From Pirellulales bacterium (GTDB lineage: Bacteria; Planctomycetota; Planctomycetia; Pirellulales; JALHPA01), in the NCBI GenBank assembly GCA_040901795.1, contig JBBDYH010000123.1, forward strand, positions 8,569-72,568: a stretch of 64,000 bases of DNA. The letters are read 5' to 3'. The notes beneath the pieces were generated by a model that had not been told where the DNA came from, did no database searches, and worked only from the letters and a program-made list of their open reading frames with translations. The position numbers were made by a program, and so were the translations under genes. Numbering within the stretch: the stretch's first letter is position 1; each line of letters starts with the position of its first letter. Below, in pieces: positions 8,917 through 18,200 of the stretch.

Positions 8917-9783
8917 ATGAACGACTACGACCGAATCGCCGACATTATTCACTATCTCGCTGAGTGCCATACCGAACAGCCGGATTTGGCGACGCTGGCC
9001 GACCGTGCTGGGTTGAGCGCTTACCACTTTCACCGGCTCTTCTCTCGTTGGGCGGGGATTACACCCAAGGACTTTCTCCAGTGCCTTACGCTTACCCACG
9101 TCAAGCAATTGCTGCGCGAGGGCGAGAGCGTATTGCATGCCGCCCTGAATGTCGGACTCTCCGGCCCCAGCCGTTTGCACGATCTTTGTGTAAGCTTGGA
9201 AGCCGCTACTCCGGGTGAGCTTAAATTGGGCGGAGCAGACTGGACAATTCGGGCCGGCTTCGCCGAGAGTCCATTTGGAGTCTGCCTGATTGCCGAGAGC
9301 CCGCGCGGCATTTGCCATCTCTCCTTCGTGGACGCGGTGAGCCGCAGCGCCGGCGCCGCAGCCATCCAACACGATTGGCCGCTGGCCAGGCTTGATTGGG
9401 ATGACTCCGCCGCTTCACAGCTTGTCGAGCCAATCTTTCAGCGGCCGGCAAACGCCAATGCGCGGCCTGCCTTACGCGCCTATGTGCGGGGCACGGCCTT
9501 TCAAATCCGTGTCTGGCGCGCCTTGCTGCAGGTTCCATCAGGGATGTTGGTCGACTATGGGGGATTGGCCGAGGTCGTCGGCAATCGCGCTGCGGCCCGA
9601 GCAGTCGGCACAGCGGTCGGTCAAAATCCACTGGCGTATCTCATCCCCTGTCATCGCGTTATTCGCGATACGGGTGCGCTGGGCGATTATCGCTGGGGAG
9701 GGACGCGCAAAAGAGCCCTTGTCGCCTGGGAAACCTCAGCCCGCATGGGGACACGACCAGACGCGCCCGCGCTGCAATCCTGA
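8917..9783 (+). CDS. AraC-type HTH fused to methylated-DNA-protein-cysteine methyltransferase (Ada/Ogt-like)
   Basis: N-terminal AraC HTH (LSAYHFHRLFSRWAGITPKDF). C-terminal MGMT active site LIPCHRVI. Confidence 0.85.
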   Translation: MNDYDRIADIIHYLAECHTEQPDLATLADRAGLSAYHFHRLFSRWAGITPKDFLQCLTLTHVKQLLREGESVLHAALNVGLSGPSRLHDLCVSLEAATPGELKLGGADWTIRAGFAESPFGVCLIAESPRGICHLSFVDAVSRSAGAAAIQHDWPLARLDWDDSAASQLVEPIFQRPANANARPALRAYVRGTAFQIRVWRALLQVPSGMLVDYGGLAEVVGNRAAARAVGTAVGQNPLAYLIPCHRVIRDTGALGDYRWGGTRKRALVAWETSARMGTRPDAPALQS

Positions 9784-9823
9784 CGGAAACGTGATGTCCA
9801 TACACATTTGAGTCGCACTGCTC

Positions 9824-10342
9824 ATGCTCGACACATTCAAAGAACTGATTGGGCATCAGTTTGAGGCGGCATTCTGCGCTCTCAACGCCTGCGTTGAACG
9901 TTGCCCCGAAGCGGCCTGGAACGCACCGGTGGCCAACCTCGCATTCTGTCAGGTCGCGTTTCACACCTTGTTCTTCGCTGATTTTTATCTCGGTCAAAAC
10001 GAGGACGCCTTCCGCCAACAGCCATTCCATCGCGAGCATGCGCTCTTCTTTCGCGACTACGAAGAGCTGGAGGATCGCAAGCAGCAACTGCTCTACGATC
10101 GGCCCTCGATCACAGTCTATCTGCAACACTGTCGCCAGAAAGCCGCCCAGGTCATCGCCGCCGAGACCACCGAGTCACTTACGGTGCTCGCGGGCTTTCC
10201 CTGGCTGAAGTTCTCTCGTGCTGAGCTGCACGTCTACAACATCCGCCACATACAGCACCACGCCGCCCAATTGAGTTTGCGGTTAAGAATCGACTTTAAT
10301 GCAGACCTGCCCTGGTGCCGCTCCGGCTGGCGCGATTCGTAA
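9824..10342 (+). CDS. DinB-family protein
   Basis: Four-helix-bundle-like sequence with His-rich motifs (FHTLFF, IRHIQHHAAQL). 172 aa. Confidence 0.7.
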   Translation: MLDTFKELIGHQFEAAFCALNACVERCPEAAWNAPVANLAFCQVAFHTLFFADFYLGQNEDAFRQQPFHREHALFFRDYEELEDRKQQLLYDRPSITVYLQHCRQKAAQVIAAETTESLTVLAGFPWLKFSRAELHVYNIRHIQHHAAQLSLRLRIDFNADLPWCRSGWRDS

Positions 10343-10408
10343 CGCTGCCAAACGATTTGGGTGGCACTGACAAGCGTCGCGCTTGTCAGTGAATCAAGCC
10401 CCATTGAC

Positions 10409-10882
10409 ATGAACCGTTCATCGCTCGACATTCTGCTCGACATCATCGATCAAAGCTTCGATCGCCAATCCTGGCACGGCCCGAACCTTCGCGGCTCAAT
10501 TCGCGGCCTGACGCATAACGAGGCGCTGTGGCGGCCGCACGCGAAACGGCACAACATTTGGGAGCATGTCCTTCACGCGGCCTATTGGAAGTACACGGTT
10601 CGCCGCAGGATCCTCGGCGAAAAACGCGGCTCCGTCCCGCTCAAAGGTTCAAACTGGTTCACTGCGACCGAGCAATCAGCAGCCGCCTGGCGCCGCGATG
10701 TCGAAATCCTCATCGAAACGCATTTTTCTATGCGCTCCGCGATCGCCGCTCTATCCCCTGACCGTCTGCACATGCGCGTTCCGGGTGCAAAGATCACCTA
10801 CGTCTTCCTCGTCTCGGGCATCGCCGCCCACGACACCTATCACGCCGGACAAATCCAACTGCTGAAACGCCTGCAGAAGTGA
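10409..10882 (+). CDS. DinB-family (DinB_2-like) protein
   Basis: Motifs WHGPNLRGS, HVLHAAYWKY and AHDTYHAGQIQLL. ATG 10409 is preferred over the upstream GTG 10361. Confidence 0.75.
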   Translation: MNRSSLDILLDIIDQSFDRQSWHGPNLRGSIRGLTHNEALWRPHAKRHNIWEHVLHAAYWKYTVRRRILGEKRGSVPLKGSNWFTATEQSAAAWRRDVEILIETHFSMRSAIAALSPDRLHMRVPGAKITYVFLVSGIAAHDTYHAGQIQLLKRLQK

Positions 10883-11092
10883 TGAACGATACTTTGGCGC
10901 ATCACCAACGATCTACCATTCGACGAACACGGTTGTTCCTATCGACATTTATCATCCCGAACCAAGCCTGCCCGCCGCGGCCGGAACCCCACCCGAACCC
11001 TCCCCTCGGCCCTGGACATCGCGCCGCACTCGTCTTACGATCGTCCTGTAGCAACTGGCCACCGCTGACCTCCGCGCAAACCGGCGCCTACC

Positions 11093-11617
11093 ATGCCCAT
11101 CGACTATCTTGCCTTGACACTCCGCTTGCTGCACATCCTGGCGGTGATTACTGCCGTTGGCGGGATGGTTTTCATCCGCTTCGCTCTCTTGCCGGCGGTA
11201 GACACGCTCGGCGAGCAACAACGGCGCACGCTGCACGAGGCGGTTCGCGCCCGTTGGGCGCGCCTGGTTCAACTGTCGATCCTGGTTCTGTTGGTCACGG
11301 GACTGATCAACTTCTGGATGTTCATTCAGGCCGCCAAGACTTGGGGCGACGAGTGGCGCGAGACGTACAACGGCCCCTATCAGATGCTCTTCGGCATCAA
11401 GTTCCTGCTAACGCTGGCGATCTTCGCGTTAGCCAGCATCCTCACCGGCCGCAGCGCGGGCACGAAAAAAATCCGCGACAACCCCCGCTTCTGGCTCAAT
11501 ATCAATCTGGCCATGGCGCTGGTCGTGATCATCATTTCCGGTGTCATGCGCTTGACTCACGTCGGCCCGACCGACCCCAGCGAGCAAAGAATCGCCGAGC
11601 CGGCGACCGGCGGTTAA
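11093..11617 (+). CDS. Integral membrane protein, about 4 TM helices (CopD-like guess only)
   Basis: Hydrophobic helices LRLLHILAVITAVGGMVFI, LSILVLLVTGLINFWMFI, FLLTLAIFALASIL and LAMALVVIIISGV. The overlapping 306-aa ORF in another frame is rejected. Confidence 0.5.
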   Translation: MPIDYLALTLRLLHILAVITAVGGMVFIRFALLPAVDTLGEQQRRTLHEAVRARWARLVQLSILVLLVTGLINFWMFIQAAKTWGDEWRETYNGPYQMLFGIKFLLTLAIFALASILTGRSAGTKKIRDNPRFWLNINLAMALVVIIISGVMRLTHVGPTDPSEQRIAEPATGG

Positions 11618-11628
11618 CCGGTGAATCG

Positions 11629-11799
11629 ATGGACAAGAAAGCCAAGAAGCGTATCGAAGTGCTCCAGCCGAAGCTGCAGAAGCTCCGCATGCAACTTGCC
11701 GGCGCCAAGAAACAAATGGACGACCCTGAAGAAGTTCGCAAGCTCGCCGAGGAAATCGCCGCCATCGAGCGCGAACTGAAGCAGCTTAGGGAGTCCTGA
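11629..11799 (+). CDS. Small (56 aa) coiled-coil protein, function unknown
   Basis: ATG lies 11 nt after the upstream stop. Sequence is a charged heptad-like helix: MDKKAKKRIEVLQPKLQKLRMQLAGAKKQMDDPEEVRKLAEEIAAIERELKQLRES. Confidence 0.4.
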   Translation: MDKKAKKRIEVLQPKLQKLRMQLAGAKKQMDDPEEVRKLAEEIAAIERELKQLRES

Positions 11800-11831
11800 C
11801 AATATCCTACTAAAGCTACGGAGACCGAATC

Positions 11832-12584
11832 ATGTCGCGTTGGCTGTCCCTGCTTATTGTTGCTGCATTCGTCGCCGCCGTGTCTGCTGCCCGTCCGACA
11901 ACGGCCCAAGACCTCCCCTCACCCGCCGCGCCGCCCGAACCCAAGGAAATGAAGGCCCTCTTCAACGGCCAAGACCTCAGCGGCTGGGAAGGCGACCAGC
12001 GGCTCTGGTCGATTCGCGACAACATCGTCCGCGGCGAAACGACCAAAGAGAATCCCGCTCAGGGCAATACATTCCTCCTCTGGCGCGACGGTGAGCTCAA
12101 GGATTTCGACCTTCGCCTGTCGTTCCGCATCGAGCGCGGCAACTCCGGCGTGCAGTATCGCAGCTTACAACTGCCCGGCCGCGGCGAAAATCGCTGGATC
12201 ATCTCCGGCTACCAGGCCGAAGTCGAGAACACCCCGGGCAAAGTCGGCTTTCTCTACCATGAACGAGGTCGCGGCTACCTCTGCAACGTCGGCGAAAAAG
12301 TCGTCGTCGGCGAAGACGGCAAGCCCCAGGTCGTTGGCCGCCTTGGAGGTCGCGAGAAAATTGGCGCGACCTACAAGAAGTCCGACTGGAATGACTACGT
12401 CATCATCGCCGAGGGAAACCACCTCCGACACTACCTCAACGGCGTTCAGACCGTGGACGTCATCGACAACGACCCCAAGCGGAGCGCCCGTTCCGGCTTG
12501 CTCGCCTTGCAAATCCACGCCGGCCCGCCGATGGTGGTCGAATTCAAGAACGTTCGCCTGAAGCAATTCGATCAGGCAAAATGA
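11832..12584 (+). CDS. Secreted DUF1080 (3-keto-disaccharide hydrolase-like) domain protein
   Basis: Signal peptide, then FNGQDLSGWEG...WSIRDNIVRGE, and LQIHAGPPMVVEFKNVRLKQ at the C-terminus. Confidence 0.8.
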   Translation: MSRWLSLLIVAAFVAAVSAARPTTAQDLPSPAAPPEPKEMKALFNGQDLSGWEGDQRLWSIRDNIVRGETTKENPAQGNTFLLWRDGELKDFDLRLSFRIERGNSGVQYRSLQLPGRGENRWIISGYQAEVENTPGKVGFLYHERGRGYLCNVGEKVVVGEDGKPQVVGRLGGREKIGATYKKSDWNDYVIIAEGNHLRHYLNGVQTVDVIDNDPKRSARSGLLALQIHAGPPMVVEFKNVRLKQFDQAK

Positions 12585-12717
12585 GCCCATCTCGTATCGA
12601 CGGAGCGACGAGATTGCTCCCGACGTAACGATTTGGGATAATCTGCACTGATGGCATTGGGATAGCCGAGCCAATACGCCCAGCAACGCGGCGCTCATCA
12701 AGAGCCGCGAGCATGAA

Positions 12718-12781
12718 CTTCGTCATTCGTCCTTTGGGCTTCGTTTGGCATTCGGATTTCATAATTCGTCATTGTCATCGG
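12718..12781. repeat. TTCGTCATTCGTC-type intergenic repeat
   Basis: CTTCGTCATTCGTCCTTTGGGCTTCGTTTGGCATTCGGATTTCATAATTCGTCATTGTCATCG, with reiterated TTCGTCATT/TTCGG motifs. Confidence 0.6.
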
Positions 12782-12827
12782 TGTTTTCTCTGCTCATCCA
12801 AATGTTCTAACGTAAGGGGCGCCGGTT

Positions 12828-15800
12828 ATGGCTCAGTCGGGACGCTCATGGAATGACCCGAAATCAGCTCGCGGCCGTGCCAGTGGTTCGCAGCCGGGAG
12901 CAACGGACGGTGCTGGCGCGGCGAAACCGGCGGGTTCCTCGCCGGCGACGGCTGGCGGCGGCGGACGTGCGAGCTGGCGCAGCAAAACTGCGCCGGCCGT
13001 AACACAGCGCGGAAAGGACCGCCATTGGCTGGTCAGCCGAACCGAAAATCCGAACCGTTTTCGACATCGCGTCAAGTTGGCAATTGCCGCCGGCGCGCTT
13101 TTGTTGCTGTTCGGCGCCTTTCTGGTCTATACGTTGTGGACTCCGCGGAATACGCCCCTCTTGCTCGTGGGCATCTTTGACTACGCGGCCCCCCTGCCGC
13201 CGAACGCTTGGACCTTCGAGGACTTCGACCGCTTTCGCTCCACGCTGGGTGAGGAAGGTTCTGCAAGCGCACAAAACATCCGCGTGTATTCCGGGCTCGG
13301 CGAGCGCAGTTGGAAGAACGGCGAGGAGGCGCTTTTGGCGCTCGAGCAGGCTCTTCGCGACAGAGATATGCGACCGGCCGGCCCAGATCGAAACACCGTG
13401 CTGATTTATGTGAGCGGGCACGGCATCCTGGATGCGGACGGCCGGCCCTGTCTGGTGTTGGCCACCGATCGGGGCAGCACCGATTCTTGGCAGCCGCAGC
13501 TCAGTCGCCTCGAAGATCTCCCCACCGTCGATTTGCAGGCAGTGCTCGAGACGATTCAAGAGAGTTACGCCGATCGCAGCGGCGTGAAAAAGGTTGTGCT
13601 TTTGGACTGCCATCGGATCCATGCCAATCCGCAGTTTGGCATTCTGGAAAATCGCTTTGGCGATGCGCTCAAACGCCTACAGTTCAAAGACGAGAACCTG
13701 TTTCTGCTCTGCTCTGCTGACGCCGGGCAATTGGCTTGGACTTTGCCCGACCGGGGCGCGTCGGCTTTTGGCTATTACGTCTGCCAGGGACTTGCCGGGC
13801 GGGCCGATGACACCGGAAATGAAGACGGCATTGTCACGCTCGACGAGCTGGAGCGATATCTCCGCGCGCAGATCTCGGAGCAGGTACAAGCGCGGTACCT
13901 GGTCGACCAGACCCCGATCCTCCTCTCTGCGATGAACTCAGAGGAACAAGCGGCCGAGACGTCGCTCGCCTGGGCGCATCCCGAGACCGAGAGCGACTCG
14001 CCCGACGAGAATGCTTCCCCCGTGCCTTGGGCGACGGTCGATGAGTTGTGGGGCGTGCACGAGACGCTGAAAGTAAGTGGCGCGGCGTCGCTAACTGAAA
14101 GCACGCGGCGCTGGCGCAGCCAGTATGGTCTCGACGCCAATCCTCCTGTGTTCTATCGGGGCGCAGACTTATTGAGCTGGGAGGCTTTTCAGCAGGGGCT
14201 GCTGCGGCTGGAACAGCTCAACGACGCCGGTCGACATTACACCGACGAGGCGCAGCGGCTGGCGGAGGGCTTGAAGCTGCTGGCGAACAAGCTGCGCGAG
14301 AGTGGCGAAAAAAGTGCGCTGCCGGCGGCGCTTGCGCTGCGGCAGGTCGACACGCCGCCCGCCGTGCAATCGCAAGTCCAAAAGTTTATCGACGGACCAG
14401 TGACCGACCCGGACAAAGAACAGTTTACCAAACTGCTCGCAGATAAGTACGAGCGGCGAGCCAAAGCCGTCTGGAACCGTTGGGTCGCCTGGTCGCGATC
14501 CGGTCAGCCCGCCGGCGTCGCGGATCTCCGTCGTACGCTGGACCTGCTGGCGCCGTCGACGGACAGGTCAACCAGTGAAGTCGACCACTGCGACCCCATC
14601 GAGATCCGCTTTCTGCGGCTGCTCGATCCCGGTGGACACGCTCCTCCGGAGCTGTTCGGATCAGAGTCGCCGGCGCTCCGTTCGGCGATTCTCTCGCGCG
14701 ATCTGGCCGAGGCGGCGGCCTGGGCAAATGACGACGTACGGGTCCACTACGCCGTCGTGCGGCTCGTCGCCCATGGCGACGCCGCGCGGCGACGCGCCGA
14801 GGACCAGCTCTTCATCCAGCCGTCAGCGCTGCAAGCGTCGGGCGACCCGTGGAAGGATGCCGAAAAAGATTATGCGCAGGCGCTCGCACTGGCCGTCGAA
14901 CTGTCAGAAGCCATCGACGCGCGCGATCAGGCCTGGCAGGAACTCCCGTACCTGGCGCACTGGCTGATGTTGCGGCACGAAACCGAGGCCGACCTCAGCT
15001 CCGTGTCCGCGGAAATAGCCCGCTGTCAGCAGCTTTTCGCGCACAACCTCACGCTCGCCGACGCGATCGACAGGGTGATGGAGAAGTGTCTGCCGGCCAA
15101 CGCAGAATTCGACGACGAAACCGCTAGGCGTTTTGCCGACGAGCTCGAAAAATCACGTCAGGAGCTCGCCGTAATCCGCAACACAGTCCGCGGCAACCTC
15201 GATGATTCGCTGGAGTTCCACCGCCGCGCGATCAGCGATGCGCGCCTCGCCGCCGCGCCCGATGTGTTGAACCCGCGCGAGATTCGCGACTTGTTCTCCA
15301 CTCCCTTGTTGACGGGCGACGACCGCCGCGCACTGCGCGAGACACTACTGACCTCGCGTCGCAACGTGGCTTTGAGGACGAACCGCGATGAACAAAGCGC
15401 GCCCGCCGCAGTCCCGCTTAAAGAACATCCGCTGCTGGCGTTGATTGGCGGTGATACGGCCGCCCTGGCAGCCAATCCCGGTCGTCTGGCCGGCAAGCTT
15501 CGCGCGACGCTGCAGGCGCGTTTCAACGCCCTGCCGTCCCGTTCCGCCGGCGGAGAGACAACGCCTACCCAGCGCATCGATCGTCTGAAGTTGACTGCCG
15601 CGGAGCGAGAGGCGCGGAACCTGGCGGCGCTGTGGACCTTGGTCCCCATCTACCGCGAACCTGAAAAGCAACTCCGCGACCCCTTAGCTGCCGTCCAGGA
15701 GTTTGACCGCCATCATGCGCTGCTCTGGCACGCCGACCGGGCGCTCGACGACTTCTGGGGCCGCGAAGGCGATCCGCGCGACGCCTGGTACTTCGACGCG

Positions 15801-18077
15801 CTCGCCACCGTAGCGCTGGGCGAGGCCCGTGGACTAGGTCCTGGCGACGGCGGCGCCGCGTACAAGGACATCGACGCAACGCTCATCGAGCGCCGCCTTG
15901 TCGCCAAACACTGGGTCGAAGTCACGGTGCCTAGCGTGCAATTGCCGCCCGCCGGCAGCACCATTGGCTCAGTAGACGCTCGACCGGCAATCAGTGTGGC
16001 GACGAACGTCCCCACCGGCGAGGCGCTGCTTCGTGCGGATCTCGCCGGCAATCGACAAGCCGCGATGCGGTATGGCGATCAGGATCCCTGGCGCGAACGT
16101 CTGGCCGTGGCGCTGCGCGCGGCCGCCGGCGCTACGCAGGGGACTGCTCCGCTCGACAAGCCCCTTGAGCGGATCATGCTCCAAATCCCCGACACGTTGG
16201 CCAACGCTGGATCCCACACTTGGAAACTCAACGTCTTCTATCGCGGTCACTTGTACCGCACGGAGTTTATCGGCTCACCCAAAGAACCCGGGCAGCTATA
16301 TACGCTCGAGCGCGAGAAGCCTGAGGATCCTCGAATAATCGTCTATGGAGAGCAGCGCGATTCGGGTGCGGTCGTACTCATTTTTGACTGCTCCGGTTCC
16401 ATGGAACAGGTTTTCCGCGGCGTCAAGCCCATGAATTTTGCCAAACCGGTTCTGGAGGAGACGTTGGACGAGCTGGCCGAAGTCGGTACCTATCGCGTCG
16501 CACTTTGGTTGTATGGACACCGTCTCGGTTGGGGCGGGAGCAAAGGAGTCGTGACGCAGTGCGAACAGTACGGGCTCGATTCCGAAAGCCTCGGCATCCC
16601 ATTCGCCTGGTGCCACCCCGAGACAAGGTCCATGAGCGAGGATGTGGGGCGCGAATGGCCGCCAGATCCGCAGGGTACGGACCAATTGACAATGGCCCGG
16701 CAAGGCGAGCTAAAGCAAGTGCTCAAAGCAATTCGTGGGTTCGGTGTCACGCCGCTGTTCTATTCGATAATCAAGGCGCTCGAGGAAGACCCAAATCTAA
16801 AGATTACCGATGCGCCGCGACGGTTGATTCTGCTCACCGATGGTTTGAACAATGTAAACGCCGCGCAACAAACGCCACGAAAAAAATACCGGTCGGCGGA
16901 CGTCGTCCGTGCGATGAGCGAGCATGGCAGTGGTGTGGATCTTCATGTCATCGGGTTTGGCGAGGCCACCGCCGAGGAAAAGGGTGATCCTGAAATTAGG
17001 CGCGATGCGCAGGAGTGGAAAACGGACCTGCCAAAGATCGGCAAGTATCACGAGGTCCGTAACTTGCGAGATAACACCTTCCATGAGCTGCTTCGTAATC
17101 TGATCGGCCTGAGAAAGTATCAGGTCGCGCTGGTGGACCGTTTCAAGTCTGAACCAATCTCGCAACGCATCAACCGCCAGGTCGGCTTAGAAGATCACTC
17201 CGGCCGCCAGCAATACGACGTGCAGATAGTCGGATCGAATCAGGCCCACCGCGTCCTGCTCGAAGGCGGCGAGATGATCAATCTCTATGTCGCCAACGCC
17301 CAGAGCGCCAACCCGCGCCTCGTCCACAGGCGCTATACAAAGGAAGAGAGCAAGAACACCTTTGCGTCGATAGCCGCCGGCCCAACGAGCAACGCCGAGA
17401 AGTACTATGTTGGCTTTCAGCGGACCGAACGGAAGGGGCCCGACACCTTGTTCGCGATCTCGATTCAGAATGAAGACGCGACGCAATTCAGCCCGCGTCC
17501 GGCGGAGGCCTGGGTCGAAATCACTCCACTTGGTCCTGGACTACCCCAAAGCGTCAAGCCGTTCGTGTTCTATGACCTGGACTTTGTCGACGGCCGTCCG
17601 GTGCCCGTGCTCGAATGCCGCGCCCTCAATTGGCCGGCCGACGCCAGCCGCGCACGCATCAAACTGTTCTTCAAGATGCACCGCACAAATACGCCGCTGC
17701 GGCGGCCGGTGAGCGCGGTCGAAGGCGAAAAGCCGCATCCAGACCTGGACGTGCAATTGCCGGAGGGCGGCAAAGTTCAATTCACCGTCTCGGTGGAGCA
17801 GGCGCCGGAGTACAAGGGCGCGCGGATTACGGTCACCGAGCACTGCGCCCGTCCGGCCGACTTGCATCAGGCCAAGGTCGAAATCGAAACGCCAGCCGAC
17901 ATCGTCCGCCGCCAATACTTTCACTCGGCGGACAAGCACGAAGTCCGCCACGACTTCATTTACACCGATAAGGCGCAAGCCGACTTGATGGAGTACCGCC
18001 TGCGGATCACCAGCCGCCAGGATCTCCAGAGCAATGCCGCCACGTTGCACGACATCATCGAGATTCCGGTTAACTAA
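12828..18077 (+). CDS. Giant (1749 aa) membrane-anchored caspase-like (peptidase C14) + von Willebrand A domain protein
   Basis: One TM helix (LAIAAGALLLLFGAFLVYTLW, about nt 13072-13140). Caspase dyad context IYVSGHG and VVLLDCHRI, plus GRADDTGNEDGIVTLDELERYL. vWA MIDAS elements VLIFDCSGSM, GVTPL and LLTDGLNN (about nt 16370-17000). SD-like AAGGGG upstream. Confidence 0.85.
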   Translation: MAQSGRSWNDPKSARGRASGSQPGATDGAGAAKPAGSSPATAGGGGRASWRSKTAPAVTQRGKDRHWLVSRTENPNRFRHRVKLAIAAGALLLLFGAFLVYTLWTPRNTPLLLVGIFDYAAPLPPNAWTFEDFDRFRSTLGEEGSASAQNIRVYSGLGERSWKNGEEALLALEQALRDRDMRPAGPDRNTVLIYVSGHGILDADGRPCLVLATDRGSTDSWQPQLSRLEDLPTVDLQAVLETIQESYADRSGVKKVVLLDCHRIHANPQFGILENRFGDALKRLQFKDENLFLLCSADAGQLAWTLPDRGASAFGYYVCQGLAGRADDTGNEDGIVTLDELERYLRAQISEQVQARYLVDQTPILLSAMNSEEQAAETSLAWAHPETESDSPDENASPVPWATVDELWGVHETLKVSGAASLTESTRRWRSQYGLDANPPVFYRGADLLSWEAFQQGLLRLEQLNDAGRHYTDEAQRLAEGLKLLANKLRESGEKSALPAALALRQVDTPPAVQSQVQKFIDGPVTDPDKEQFTKLLADKYERRAKAVWNRWVAWSRSGQPAGVADLRRTLDLLAPSTDRSTSEVDHCDPIEIRFLRLLDPGGHAPPELFGSESPALRSAILSRDLAEAAAWANDDVRVHYAVVRLVAHGDAARRRAEDQLFIQPSALQASGDPWKDAEKDYAQALALAVELSEAIDARDQAWQELPYLAHWLMLRHETEADLSSVSAEIARCQQLFAHNLTLADAIDRVMEKCLPANAEFDDETARRFADELEKSRQELAVIRNTVRGNLDDSLEFHRRAISDARLAAAPDVLNPREIRDLFSTPLLTGDDRRALRETLLTSRRNVALRTNRDEQSAPAAVPLKEHPLLALIGGDTAALAANPGRLAGKLRATLQARFNALPSRSAGGETTPTQRIDRLKLTAAEREARNLAALWTLVPIYREPEKQLRDPLAAVQEFDRHHALLWHADRALDDFWGREGDPRDAWYFDALATVALGEARGLGPGDGGAAYKDIDATLIERRLVAKHWVEVTVPSVQLPPAGSTIGSVDARPAISVATNVPTGEALLRADLAGNRQAAMRYGDQDPWRERLAVALRAAAGATQGTAPLDKPLERIMLQIPDTLANAGSHTWKLNVFYRGHLYRTEFIGSPKEPGQLYTLEREKPEDPRIIVYGEQRDSGAVVLIFDCSGSMEQVFRGVKPMNFAKPVLEETLDELAEVGTYRVALWLYGHRLGWGGSKGVVTQCEQYGLDSESLGIPFAWCHPETRSMSEDVGREWPPDPQGTDQLTMARQGELKQVLKAIRGFGVTPLFYSIIKALEEDPNLKITDAPRRLILLTDGLNNVNAAQQTPRKKYRSADVVRAMSEHGSGVDLHVIGFGEATAEEKGDPEIRRDAQEWKTDLPKIGKYHEVRNLRDNTFHELLRNLIGLRKYQVALVDRFKSEPISQRINRQVGLEDHSGRQQYDVQIVGSNQAHRVLLEGGEMINLYVANAQSANPRLVHRRYTKEESKNTFASIAAGPTSNAEKYYVGFQRTERKGPDTLFAISIQNEDATQFSPRPAEAWVEITPLGPGLPQSVKPFVFYDLDFVDGRPVPVLECRALNWPADASRARIKLFFKMHRTNTPLRRPVSAVEGEKPHPDLDVQLPEGGKVQFTVSVEQAPEYKGARITVTEHCARPADLHQAKVEIETPADIVRRQYFHSADKHEVRHDFIYTDKAQADLMEYRLRITSRQDLQSNAATLHDIIEIPVN

Positions 18078-18089
18078 CAGCCGCAGCAG

Positions 18090-18175
18090 GTAGGGTGGGC
18101 TGTGCCCACCAGGCGTAAGTAGCAGTAGTGCCCACCAGGCGTAAGTGGGCCGAAGCGCCGCGGCTGAGGCCCGCC
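18090..18175. repeat. GTAG-headed GC-rich hairpin repeats (REP-like)
   Basis: GTAG+GGTGGGC-TGT-GCCCACC (18090-18110). Duplicated GCCCACCAGGCGTAAGT. GGGCC...GGCCC palindrome. Confidence 0.8.
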
Positions 18176-18200
18176 AAATTGTGCTTCCGCGACTTCTCCT

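Noticed and set aside
10879-11628. N-terminal 250 codons of the 306-aa ORF 10879-11799
   Set aside because: Pro/Arg-rich, and it overlaps a convincing 4-TM membrane protein in another frame. Only the last 56 codons (11629-11799) look like a real small gene.
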